Below, piece by piece: positions 1-9,175 of a stretch of 59,032 bases of DNA. The stretch's first letter is position 1, and the number at the start of each line of letters is the position of its first letter. The notes under the pieces are model-generated. The model did no database searches, was not told where the DNA came from, and saw only the letters and a list, made by a program, of their open reading frames with translations. Position numbers and translations under genes: made by a program. Source of the stretch: Armatimonadota bacterium (GTDB lineage: Bacteria > Armatimonadota > UBA10988); NCBI GenBank assembly GCA_016235455.1, contig JACRKZ010000136.1, forward strand, positions 1 through 59,032, read 5' to 3'.

Positions 1-362
1 AGCTCCTGCAGCACGAGTTTGGCGCGTTCGATGTCGTAGATGATGTGGCCTTTGTGCCCGCGCCAGCGCTGGCCGTAGCCGGTGGCCTGCGCCAGCGCGT
101 CCGCCACCTCCAGCGCGATGCCCCCAGTGCCCAGCCGCCGCGGCTCGCCGCCGGTGTAGAACGTGTTGAAGATACTGCAGCACATGCCGGCCGTGGCCAC
201 GCCACCGAGGAAGCTGTGCCGCTCGACCAGCAGCGTGCGCGCGCCGGCCCGGGCCGCGGCGACCGTGGCGGCCACGCCGCCCAAGCCGCCGCCGCAAACG
301 ACGACGTCGTACTCGCCGCGAACGGGTATCTCGCGCGCTGGTTCGTGGATGCTCTGCGCCAT
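1..362 (-). CDS. FAD-dependent oxidoreductase (5' part; runs off the window start)
   Basis: Manual translation from the ATG at 362: MAQSIHEPAREIPVRGEYDVVVCGGGLGGVAATVAAARAGARTLLVERHSFLGGVATAG. It has a Rossmann GxGxxG motif and the LGG-x-x-T motif. Not in the ORF track because it has no stop within the window. Confidence 0.85.
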   Translation of the reverse strand, partial: MAQSIHEPAREIPVRGEYDVVVCGGGLGGVAATVAAARAGARTLLVERHSFLGGVATAGMCCSIFNTFYTGGEPRRLGTGGIALEVADALAQATGYGQRWRGHKGHIIYDIERAKLVLQE

Positions 363-470
363 GTCTGATGTCGTCCCCGGCACCGTACGGGCTGCCGCGC
401 ACGATCATACCGCGTAACAAGGACCCGTGCCACCAGCGCCGAACGCGCCAGCGGTCAACGGAGCACTCCG

Positions 471-1457
471 ATAGCACACCAGGTCCTGGCCACGGCCAGC
501 GCATTCTGGCATCACGGCCACATCGGTGAGCCGGCACTCCGCGAGGCGGGCTTCGCGGTGACGCCGTCGCCCCGGCCGGGCGCCTACGCGGCCGACGAAC
601 TGATCCCGCTGCTGGACGGCATCGACGCGGTCATCGCGGCCGTCGATGCCTACACGGCCAGCGTCTTCGCCGCCTGTCCCCGGCTCAAGATCGTCTCGCG
701 CTGGGGCATCGGCATCGACTCGATCGACCTCGACGCCGCCACCGCGGCCGGCGTGGTGGTCTGCAACACGCCTGGCACCACCACCGAAGCCGTGGCCGAC
801 TACGCCTTCGCGCTGCTGCTGGCCGCCGCGCGGCGGATAGTGGAAGGCGAGGCCGCCGTGCGCGCCGGCCTGTGGTCCGAGCTCACCGGGCCACTGGTCC
901 ATGGCAAGACTCTGGGCCTGGTCGGCTACGGCCAGATCGGCGCCGCCGTGGCCCGCCGCGCGGCGGGCTTCGCCATGCGCGTGCTGGCCTACGACCCGTA
1001 CCGCACCACGGCCGACGGCGCCGAGCTGGTGTCGCTGGAGCACCTGCTGGCCGAGAGCGACTTCGTCTCGCTGCATGCCGCCGTGACGCCCGAGACGCGC
1101 GGCCTCATCGGCACCGCCGCGCTGTCGCTCATCAAGCCCAGCGCCTACCTGATCAACACCGGCCGGGGCGCGCTCATCGACGACCGGGCCCTGTGCCGCG
1201 CGCTGCGCGAGGGCCGCCTGGCCGGCGCGGCGCTCGATGTGTTCGGCCGCGAGCCGCTGCCGCCCGACGACCCGCTGCGCGATGCGCCACGCTGTCTGCT
1301 CACCCCGCATACGGCCTACAACGCCACCGAGGCCGCCGTCGCCACCAGTACCATGGCCGCGGACAACATCCTGAAGCTGTGGCGCGGCCAGCCGGGCGCC
1401 GCCGTCTGCAATCCCGCCGTGCTCGCGGCGGTCAACCTGCGCCTCAAGGAGATCTGA
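471..1457 (+). CDS. D-isomer-specific 2-hydroxyacid dehydrogenase (phosphoglycerate dehydrogenase-like)
   Basis: Motifs GLVGYGQIG, LINTGRG, AALDVF.EP and TPH. The track start is GTG 558, but the frame stays open and family-like back to an ATA at 471 that follows GGAG. Confidence 0.88.
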   Translation: MAHQVLATASAFWHHGHIGEPALREAGFAVTPSPRPGAYAADELIPLLDGIDAVIAAVDAYTASVFAACPRLKIVSRWGIGIDSIDLDAATAAGVVVCNTPGTTTEAVADYAFALLLAAARRIVEGEAAVRAGLWSELTGPLVHGKTLGLVGYGQIGAAVARRAAGFAMRVLAYDPYRTTADGAELVSLEHLLAESDFVSLHAAVTPETRGLIGTAALSLIKPSAYLINTGRGALIDDRALCRALREGRLAGAALDVFGREPLPPDDPLRDAPRCLLTPHTAYNATEAAVATSTMAADNILKLWRGQPGAAVCNPAVLAAVNLRLKEI

Positions 1458-1459
1458 CC

Positions 1460-2251
1460 ATGCGTGCCAACCCCGTCAAAGCCGCTCTGCGGGCCGGCCA
1501 GCCGAGCGTGGGCTCGTGGCTGTCGCTGGCCAGCCCCATGGCCGCGCGGTTCATGGCGCGCGCCGGGTTCCCCTGGCTGACCGTGGACATCGAGCATAGC
1601 CCGGTGGACTGGGAGACCGCCTCGATCATGTTCGGCTGCGTGGCCGATGCCGGCTGCGTGCCGCTGGCGCGGGTGCCCTCGAACGACCCCACCGACGTCA
1701 AGCGCGCGCTCGACTCGGGCGCCTACGGCATCGTCTTCCCCATGGTCAACACCGTGGAGGAAGCCGAGCAGGCCGTGGCCGCGGCCAAGTACGCGCCGCT
1801 GGGCCGGCGCAGCGTGGGCGGCGCGCTCCACGCCCTCAACTTCGGCGCCGAGCCCAGCGCCTACTACGCAAGGGCCAACGACGAGATCCTTGTGGTCATC
1901 CAGGCCGAGCACATCCGCGCGGTGGAGAACTGCGAGGCGATCTTCGCCGTGCCGGGCATCGACGCCATGTTCGTCGGGCCCAACGACCTCATGTCATCCC
2001 TGCACATCACCCCCGCGCTGGAGTCTGACGACCCGCGCTACACCGAAGCCATCGCCCATCTGCTGGCTACCGCCCAGCGCTGCGGCATCGCGCCCGGCAT
2101 GCATGTCGGCGACACGGAGTCAGCCCTGCGCCGCGTGGCCGAGGGCTGGCGGTTCGTCGCCGTGGCCAGCGAGTTGGCCTTCATGATGCAGATGGCCAGC
2201 GAAGTCGCGGCCCTGGTGCATGGCGCCGGGGGCATGGCAGTACGGTACTAG
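1460..2251 (+). CDS. HpcH/HpaI aldolase family protein
   Basis: MRANPVKAALRAGQPSVGSW, DIEH, KRALDSGA, FVGPNDL. An AAGGAG RBS precedes the ATG at 1460. Confidence 0.92.
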   Translation: MRANPVKAALRAGQPSVGSWLSLASPMAARFMARAGFPWLTVDIEHSPVDWETASIMFGCVADAGCVPLARVPSNDPTDVKRALDSGAYGIVFPMVNTVEEAEQAVAAAKYAPLGRRSVGGALHALNFGAEPSAYYARANDEILVVIQAEHIRAVENCEAIFAVPGIDAMFVGPNDLMSSLHITPALESDDPRYTEAIAHLLATAQRCGIAPGMHVGDTESALRRVAEGWRFVAVASELAFMMQMASEVAALVHGAGGMAVRY

Positions 2252-2382
2252 ACATCCACGCCGCTGTACCAATGTAACTCCGGCCACCCCAAACTCACTT
2301 GATCCGACCCGGATCCGTATGCTAGCCTCGCTGTGGGTTAGCACAATGGTCGGCTATGTGCCACCGGGGAAAGGGGTTTGGC

Positions 2383-3531
2383 ATGACCACTGGTCACGCT
2401 CGTCGTGTCGTACTCGGTCTGTGCGCGCTGGTCTGCGCACTGTCGCCCAGTCTGGCCCAGGCGCCGCGCACGGCCCTGCCGGGCACCTGGGACACGGTCA
2501 ACAAGATCGACGCCCAGGTCAAGCAGATGCGCGCGACCGGCCAGACCATGGCCGCGCTGGCGTTGTGCGAGCAGTTTCTGGTCGACAATCCCAACGCCGA
2601 ATGGATGACCGGCACCGTGGTCGACAAGGCCATGGCCTGCCTCGTCGAGCTGTCACCCACCCAGGCCCAGCGCGAGGAACTGTGCCAGCGCGTGCTCAAG
2701 CTGTATCCCAGCGTGCCCTGGTACCACGCCGCGGCGACGTTCCATCTGTCCACCGGCTACCTGTTCTCCGGTAACGGCTTCAAGGAAGACTTCCCCAAGG
2801 CGCTGGCCGTCACCCAGGGCAAGTTCGAGCAGTATCTTGGCAAGCTGCCGGGCGATCTGTACCTGCTGCACTTCGCCGGGCTGTATGAGGCGCGCGCGCT
2901 GGGCCGCATGGGCAAGCACGAAGAAGCCAAGGCCAAGATGGCCAACTTCATCGCCAAGCTGCCCGCCGCGCTGCGCAGCAACGACACCTGGGCCGCCTGG
3001 ACCGACATCCTCGGCGCCGCCGGCGACACCGCCGCGCTGCAGAGCGTGGCCAAGCTGGGCTACGTCTGCTGCGACTACGACACGGACAACCTCAAGAAGG
3101 CCATCGACCGCTGCGCCGCGGCCCTGCGGCTGGGTGGCGGGCCGGGGCCGGGCGTGCTGTTCACGCGCTGTCAGGACGACCCGACCCTGACCAACCCGCT
3201 GGCCAAGGTGGCGCTGCCCGAGGTGCCCAAGCCCGACGAGTGGCTGCAAGCGGCGGGCAAGGACGCGCAGGCGCAGTTCCTGGTCTACCTGGCCACCGGC
3301 CAGATTGACACCGCGCTGGCGCTGAGCAAGAAGCAACTGGCCGAATGGACCGCGGGCGACGAGAAGAAGCTGGCGCGGGTGATGAAGAACGTGGCCTGCT
3401 GCTTCAAGGCCAAGGACCTGAGCCTGAAGCGGGCCAACGCGTTCCTGGAGTACAACCGCACGGGCGAGGGCGAGGACCCGCTGCCGGCGCTGGAGGCGGA
3501 GTTGAAGGCCGCCAAGGAGGCGCCGAAATGA
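2383..3531 (+). CDS. Secreted helical-repeat (TPR-like) hypothetical protein
   Basis: Signal peptide ending SLA-Q, helical composition, host-like codon usage. Its stop overlaps the next start (ATGA). Confidence 0.7.
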   Translation: MTTGHARRVVLGLCALVCALSPSLAQAPRTALPGTWDTVNKIDAQVKQMRATGQTMAALALCEQFLVDNPNAEWMTGTVVDKAMACLVELSPTQAQREELCQRVLKLYPSVPWYHAAATFHLSTGYLFSGNGFKEDFPKALAVTQGKFEQYLGKLPGDLYLLHFAGLYEARALGRMGKHEEAKAKMANFIAKLPAALRSNDTWAAWTDILGAAGDTAALQSVAKLGYVCCDYDTDNLKKAIDRCAAALRLGGGPGPGVLFTRCQDDPTLTNPLAKVALPEVPKPDEWLQAAGKDAQAQFLVYLATGQIDTALALSKKQLAEWTAGDEKKLARVMKNVACCFKAKDLSLKRANAFLEYNRTGEGEDPLPALEAELKAAKEAPK

Positions 3532-4754
3532 GGCAGCTCTGGTGGCACCGGCGTCCTCGCCGGTGGCTGGCCATGGGCACGGTTCCGCTGGTGCTGGGCA
3601 CAGCCTGGGCTCAACAGGCGCCGCTGCATTACGACCTGGACCGGCCGCTGTGTCGCCAGATGCAGCTTTCGCCCGACCTCATCGGCGCCCTGACACCGCC
3701 CAGCGCTGCGGTGCTGGGCGTGCCGGCGGCGGTGCAGGTGGCGGCGCCGCTGGGCGGCGTAGGTGCGGTGCGCATCGGCGCAACACCCGTCGGCGCTGGC
3801 GGCGCGGCGCCGGTGGCCGGTCTTGGCGGGCTGGGCGCGGTGAAGCTGGATCTGGGCTTGCCGGCGCCGACGACCGGCGGGCAGTCGGCGATTCTGCTGG
3901 CGCGGGTACGCGCGGGCGACCAGGGGCCGGAGCTTGAGGCGGCGCTGCGGAAGGCACCCGCGGCGGATCTGCTGGCTGAGGTGCAGCGCTGCCCGTGGTG
4001 GTCCGAGCCCGATCAGGTCATCGCCGACCGCCTGCTGACCGTGCTCATCGAGCGCGGCGATATCGATCTCAAGCAGCCCGACACGCTGGCGCCGGACGTG
4101 GCGCTGATGGCCGCCGAATGCCTGCGCCGTCGCGTCGACGCCCGCTGCGTACCGATCTTCGAGCATCTGCTGGCCCAGCAGGCGACCAAGCCGGCGGACA
4201 CCTGGGTGCAGCCGGTCTACGGCCTGGCCACCTATTACCGCCTGGCCGGCGACTACCAGCGCTCGGCCGAGGTTTGGCTCAGTGGCGACCGCTACACCAC
4301 CTCGCCCGCGACGCTGGACGACTTCCGGCTGGAAGCGGCCTGGACCAAGCGCGCCGGCGGCGACGTGGCCGGCGCGGACCAGATCGAGGACGAACTGCTC
4401 AAGTCCACCAGCGGCGCGGCCTGGACCATCGGCCTGGTCACTTACGGCCGCGCGCAACGCCTGCTGCTGAGTGGGAAGCACAGCGAACTGCGCGAGCTGT
4501 TGCGCCGCGACCTGCCGCTCGGCGGGCCAGCGGCCAAGGCGACCGAAGCGGCGGCGGTGCGTGTGGCGCTGGACGGCCTGCTGGCCGACTCCTACGCCCG
4601 CACGGGCGAACGCGAGCTGGCCGCGGCGCAGTATCGCAAGGTGCTCCGGGGATTCGAAGCGCTGCCCGCGGGGCGCGGCGGCAACGGTTTGGACAATGTG
4701 GTGGCGACGGCGCGGGTGCGCCTCGCCGAGTTGGCTGGCCCAGGGGGCCATTGA
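3528..4754 (+). CDS. Secreted TPR-like hypothetical protein
   Basis: ATGA coupling to the upstream gene, signal peptide ending AWA-Q, TPR-like helices (YGLATYYRLAGDYQRSAEVW; LADSYARTGERELAAAQYRKV). Confidence 0.65.
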   Translation: MRQLWWHRRPRRWLAMGTVPLVLGTAWAQQAPLHYDLDRPLCRQMQLSPDLIGALTPPSAAVLGVPAAVQVAAPLGGVGAVRIGATPVGAGGAAPVAGLGGLGAVKLDLGLPAPTTGGQSAILLARVRAGDQGPELEAALRKAPAADLLAEVQRCPWWSEPDQVIADRLLTVLIERGDIDLKQPDTLAPDVALMAAECLRRRVDARCVPIFEHLLAQQATKPADTWVQPVYGLATYYRLAGDYQRSAEVWLSGDRYTTSPATLDDFRLEAAWTKRAGGDVAGADQIEDELLKSTSGAAWTIGLVTYGRAQRLLLSGKHSELRELLRRDLPLGGPAAKATEAAAVRVALDGLLADSYARTGERELAAAQYRKVLRGFEALPAGRGGNGLDNVVATARVRLAELAGPGGH

Positions 4755-4765
4755 GGAAGCAAGCA

Positions 4766-6643
4766 ATGAGACGGTGCACATGTGCGAGGTGGGTGGGCGT
4801 TTTCGCGGCCATCTTCTTGTTGGCGGCGCCCGGCTGGGCAAACTACTTGCCAGGCGGCATCGAGGGCCATGTCATCGACAAGGACAAGAACGACCAGGGG
4901 TTGGCCAACCTGTACGTTACGATGACCACTAAGAGCGGCAACGGCTCGTGGTCGGCGATGACCGACTCAGGCGGACACTACAGCTTCTCGTCGATCTACG
5001 CCGGTGACTACACGGTGCGGATCTGGCCCGGACCCAGGTACGGCGGCGGCTATGCCGGGTTCAAGCAAGACTGCACGGTGGTCGGCGGGCAGGTGACCAC
5101 GGTCAATTTCGACCTGACCCACCTCCAGCCGAGCGTCAGCGTGGACGTCATCGCGCCCAGCGGCACGGTCAGCGGGTCGGCGCCGATCCAGATCAAGGTG
5201 GTCACCAACCCCGGCGTCTACGATCTGAGCACCCTGTCGGTCTGGACCTGGGATGCCAGAGCCGAGTACGGCATCACGCTGCTGAACGGCGGCGGGCTGT
5301 CGAGCGCGCAGATGGTCAGCTCCCGGCCGCTGGACGACAACGGCGTCGCCATGGAGTACATCCTGCAGATGCCGTTCGACCCGACCGCTCTGGACTGTCC
5401 GTTCTACGGCGGCGGCGCGGACGCCGACGGCAAGGCGACCGTGGAGATCAAGGCCGCGGCCGAGTTCACCGACGGCTGGGCCACGGATGGGACGACGATC
5501 AAGAAGGGCCAGGCGCCCACGGGCAACGCCTCGGCGGGCACGGCCGGCGGGGCTACCACGCAGGTGAGCTGGACCGTGACCCAGCCGCAGATCACGGCCA
5601 CCGGTCAACCGCTGTACCCCAACCCGGCTGATGTGGGCGAGACCATGTACACCTCGCTCGCGGCCAGCCTGACCAACCAGGGCTACGGCTCGTTCTACTA
5701 CTACGGCGGCGGCGGTCAGACCATGACCTGGTCGTGGGCGGCCGGCGCGGTGGAGCGGCAGGCGACCGACGGCAGTTGGGCGGCGGCCGAACATGCCACG
5801 GCCACACTCAACCAGTCCGACCCGAACCAGCCCGGCGCCTGGCTGACGCTGGTGGCCCAGCAGGCGGGCAGCTACCGTCTGTCGCCGACGGTGACGCTGA
5901 CGGTCAAGCGCGGCGAGACCGTGCTCTATACGGCCAGCGCGACAGTGAGCCTGAGCGCGACGGTGGCGCCGCCGACGGTGACGCTCTCGTCGGGCGGCCG
6001 CACCTCGGTCTGCGCGGGCGGGTTCGACGGCGTGGCCCATCGCGTGCCGGTCACCGCGACCGTCACCGGCCGCTATGGGCAGGGGCTTGGCGGCCTGGCG
6101 GTGGCCTTCACCGCGGACCACGACTCGGTGGAGAAGGCGCCGACGTTCTCGGCGGCGAGCGCCACGACCGGCGGCGACGGCAAGGCTACCGTCGACTTCA
6201 TCTCGGGCGACTTGGTGAACAGCAGCCAGATCCATGCGGTGTGCGCCGACGTGAAGGCGGACTTGGCGATGGCTATCGGGGCGCCGGCCATCGCCTTCAG
6301 CTACTACTACGAGGGGAGCAGCATTCCAGTCACCTATGCCTACCCAGGCGCGCCGTTCTACATCAAGGCCACGCTGACCCACGCCAATCGCTCGGCCTGC
6401 TACCACCCGGTGAAGTGGGTGCTCAAGTGGTGGTCGCCCGACCATCCGCCTGCCAGCAACCCCACGCCGGACTACGACGGGCCGAGCGATGCCGAGCACG
6501 GCCTGTTCATGAGCCCGGAGCTGGTGACCAACGAAGCCGGCGAGGTCAAGACCAAGTTCATGCCCAGCGACCTGGGCGGCTACTACCGCTGGATCCTCGT
6601 GGACGACAAGGTCTACGTTAGCAAGCCGCAGTCGGGCCAGTGA
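4766..6643 (+). CDS. Secreted protein with carboxypeptidase-regulatory-like and bacterial Ig-like (Big_1/invasin-type) domains
   Basis: Signal peptide ending GWA-N; TDSGGHYSFSSIYAGDYTV; VTATVTGRYGQGLGGLAVAF...ATTGGDGKATV; Thr/Ser-rich beta composition. Confidence 0.75.
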   Translation: MRRCTCARWVGVFAAIFLLAAPGWANYLPGGIEGHVIDKDKNDQGLANLYVTMTTKSGNGSWSAMTDSGGHYSFSSIYAGDYTVRIWPGPRYGGGYAGFKQDCTVVGGQVTTVNFDLTHLQPSVSVDVIAPSGTVSGSAPIQIKVVTNPGVYDLSTLSVWTWDARAEYGITLLNGGGLSSAQMVSSRPLDDNGVAMEYILQMPFDPTALDCPFYGGGADADGKATVEIKAAAEFTDGWATDGTTIKKGQAPTGNASAGTAGGATTQVSWTVTQPQITATGQPLYPNPADVGETMYTSLAASLTNQGYGSFYYYGGGGQTMTWSWAAGAVERQATDGSWAAAEHATATLNQSDPNQPGAWLTLVAQQAGSYRLSPTVTLTVKRGETVLYTASATVSLSATVAPPTVTLSSGGRTSVCAGGFDGVAHRVPVTATVTGRYGQGLGGLAVAFTADHDSVEKAPTFSAASATTGGDGKATVDFISGDLVNSSQIHAVCADVKADLAMAIGAPAIAFSYYYEGSSIPVTYAYPGAPFYIKATLTHANRSACYHPVKWVLKWWSPDHPPASNPTPDYDGPSDAEHGLFMSPELVTNEAGEVKTKFMPSDLGGYYRWILVDDKVYVSKPQSGQ

Positions 6644-6691
6644 GCGGCCAGCCGCTGCACGCACTTGTGGGACGAAGACAAGGGTGACACA

Positions 6692-7927
6692 ATGAAGCAC
6701 ATAACGATGCGCGCGCTCGCGCTGGCGAGCCTCTTGGTGTGCGGTCTGGGCGCGGCTTGGGCGCAGGGGCCGACCGATCCGAACGGGAACAAGAACAAGG
6801 AGCCGGACGACAAGACGGGCGAGGTGCCGGCGGTGGAGTTGTACTGCGACGAGTTGAAGTGGAAGGACAAGCTAGCTGACGGGTGGCTTGCCTTCTGGGA
6901 CCCAGGTGACGGCAAGCAGCCGCCTCAGTCGCTTGCCGCGGAGGTGCGCCTACCGGAAGATGCGCGCCCCTGGCACGGCAAAGTGGCCCTGCTCCTGAGT
7001 GGCGACGGCGGCGGCGTCCGGCTGGTGAAATCCGATCAGACGGAGATAGCGCCCGGATCGCTGTTTGATGCCGCTGAGCTACCGCTGTCGTTCCGCATTG
7101 TTGGCACATACCCATCTATTCACATGAGGGATCTGCGGCTGTCCGCACTGGCGTACCCGGAGGTTCCGCCGAACGTGCCGCGCAAATGGTCGGACGACGT
7201 GGCGTTGACGGTAGTTGGTGCCACCGAGCTTGGTGCTCGAGCGGACGGCCGACCGAGTCTGACCAACTGCAACAAGACCGCGTGGGAGGCCGAGTTGGGC
7301 AGGGGGCTGGGCCGGTATGACGACTTTGCGGCTTGGCAGTTCACGCCACCGCCTGAACAACGCATTGGCTATGGTACCGGCATTGCATACGAGCAGTGCG
7401 CGCAGATTCTACCGAAGGACTTCAACTACGGTGGGTATCGTCCGTACATATCGAGATCGTGTGAAGAAAGAACCTGGAATAATGGTGTTTTGAACACCGC
7501 CAGCGTCCAAAGTCATCAGGACACGCTCCCTCAGAACGACGATCCCCTGGATGCCTACGGTCACCCGTCTCACGTCTGGGATGACCAAACGCCTGATTCT
7601 GATGGATACATATTCGGCTTGGATGTCCCAAGCAGCGAAGTTGGATGGGGCAATACCGACGCATTGCTGCGTAGGAGGCGTCTTGGTTTCAGAATCTGCG
7701 TAGCTATTGAGGATACAACAACTCATCTATGCAGAAAGGTATCTCGGTATGTAGAGTTTGCCACACCGTACTCGGCGGAAAGAGATAGGCATCATATCGA
7801 CGATGACTGGAACAATGTCCACGGCGTGGCGACGCACTGGCACCGCAACGATGTTGACTTCGACGCTTTCGACAACATGCTGTGGTATGGCAGGATCATC
7901 CTATTGGAGCATCTGGGCAAGCCATAG
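6692..7927 (+). CDS. Secreted protein with AT-richer variable C-terminal domain (polymorphic-toxin-like)
   Basis: Signal peptide ending AWA-Q; beta-rich N-module ending DDVALTVV; visible drop in GC across the 3' half. Confidence 0.65.
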   Translation: MKHITMRALALASLLVCGLGAAWAQGPTDPNGNKNKEPDDKTGEVPAVELYCDELKWKDKLADGWLAFWDPGDGKQPPQSLAAEVRLPEDARPWHGKVALLLSGDGGGVRLVKSDQTEIAPGSLFDAAELPLSFRIVGTYPSIHMRDLRLSALAYPEVPPNVPRKWSDDVALTVVGATELGARADGRPSLTNCNKTAWEAELGRGLGRYDDFAAWQFTPPPEQRIGYGTGIAYEQCAQILPKDFNYGGYRPYISRSCEERTWNNGVLNTASVQSHQDTLPQNDDPLDAYGHPSHVWDDQTPDSDGYIFGLDVPSSEVGWGNTDALLRRRRLGFRICVAIEDTTTHLCRKVSRYVEFATPYSAERDRHHIDDDWNNVHGVATHWHRNDVDFDAFDNMLWYGRIILLEHLGKP

Positions 7928-7947
7928 TCGCACGGGGAGGAGACCAG

Positions 7948-9141
7948 ATGACGGCGCTAGGTTTGGTGATGATGGTGTTGTGTGGCAGCGCGACAACGGT
8001 CACAGGGCCGGCGACAGGTCGGTATGCGAGTCTGCTTGCCGAGGCCGGACCTGAGACGGCCGAGGAGGTGGTGCGCACAGCCCAGAGCGACGTGGACGGC
8101 CAGGCCCGCCGGTCGATGGCGACACTGGCTGAATCCAGCAGACGGCCCGGCGTGATCACGCCCGAGGGGCGTAGCGCGTTGGTGGTGATCGGCATGTTGC
8201 GCCTGGCGGCCGCGGCCGAGATGGTGGTGCCCCTGTTGACTGCTGAGGCGCCGCTGGGCTCCGAAGACGACCGGCCGCTAGGAGGCAGCCGTGTGACGGG
8301 CCTGCACCCAGCTTGGCAGGCGACCGTTGAGATCGGTGCGCCAGCGCTGCCCTACTTGGACCGACAAGCCGCCCGGAGCGACGCAGACCTCAACTGCGGG
8401 CTCTGCGCCCAGGCCTATCGGAACATCCTTGGGTCGCACAGCACCGTGCCACCGCGCCAGCCATCGGCGGCAGCCATCCGCCTGACGCGGCTCATATCGA
8501 CGGCTGCCGATGCCCAAACACGCGAACGCTATCGGATCATCCAACGGTCACTGCTCCCGCAACCCGCCTTCCTGCCCTTGGGCCGTTGGTCGGCTGAACG
8601 TCAGGCCGACTATGCCGCCGGTCCGCCCTTGCCACCGTGGTGCTTTGAGCAGAAGCGCTACCAGGAGACGATGGCGCTGCTTGGTTCGTTGGAGAAGTGG
8701 TTGGATGACAGCACCCAGCACTTCCGCGCGCTAGCGGCCATCCGCATCCTCGCCATCATGCGATCGCCCGAGGCGGCGCCGTTGCTCTGCAAGCGACTGA
8801 CCTACATCAACCAGCAGGCAACGCCTGGGGCGTCGCTTGGCGATCGCTATCCGGCGGTGGCGGCCCTAAGCGCCATTGGTCATCCCGTGCTCGGCGCCCT
8901 GGTCACCAAGATCCGGGCCAGCGATGTCGATATCGAACTGCGGTGTGAAGCCGTGGTGCTGACCAGTGTGTTGGATGGCAAGGAGGAGGCACGAGCCTTT
9001 CTAGCAGCCGAAGCCGAGGCCGCGCGCCTGCGGGAATTTGGTCGAGGGGCGCCCGACCAGGGGCCGAGCGAGCGGCTCAAGGCCTTGGCCGAGTCCGAGT
9101 GGCTCAAGGGCGGCGACCCGCCGCTGGTGGTCAAGCCGTGA
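7948..9141 (+). CDS. Exported HEAT-repeat-like protein with internal duplication (candidate immunity/partner)
   Basis: GGGGAGG RBS, hydrophobic N-terminus, two copies of a helical module (A..IG.LR...A / P A..AL..IG.P.L). Confidence 0.6.
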   Translation: MTALGLVMMVLCGSATTVTGPATGRYASLLAEAGPETAEEVVRTAQSDVDGQARRSMATLAESSRRPGVITPEGRSALVVIGMLRLAAAAEMVVPLLTAEAPLGSEDDRPLGGSRVTGLHPAWQATVEIGAPALPYLDRQAARSDADLNCGLCAQAYRNILGSHSTVPPRQPSAAAIRLTRLISTAADAQTRERYRIIQRSLLPQPAFLPLGRWSAERQADYAAGPPLPPWCFEQKRYQETMALLGSLEKWLDDSTQHFRALAAIRILAIMRSPEAAPLLCKRLTYINQQATPGASLGDRYPAVAALSAIGHPVLGALVTKIRASDVDIELRCEAVVLTSVLDGKEEARAFLAAEAEAARLREFGRGAPDQGPSERLKALAESEWLKGGDPPLVVKP

Positions 9142-9175
9142 CCGGCGTGCCGCGGCGGGTACACTCGTGGCAGGG

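Noticed and set aside
872-1459. N-terminal extensions in the ORF track (872, 3345, 3995, 9038, 29645, 34382, 35287, 57253, 58960)
   Set aside because: They overlap upstream genes. RBS position and family motifs support the later starts used here.
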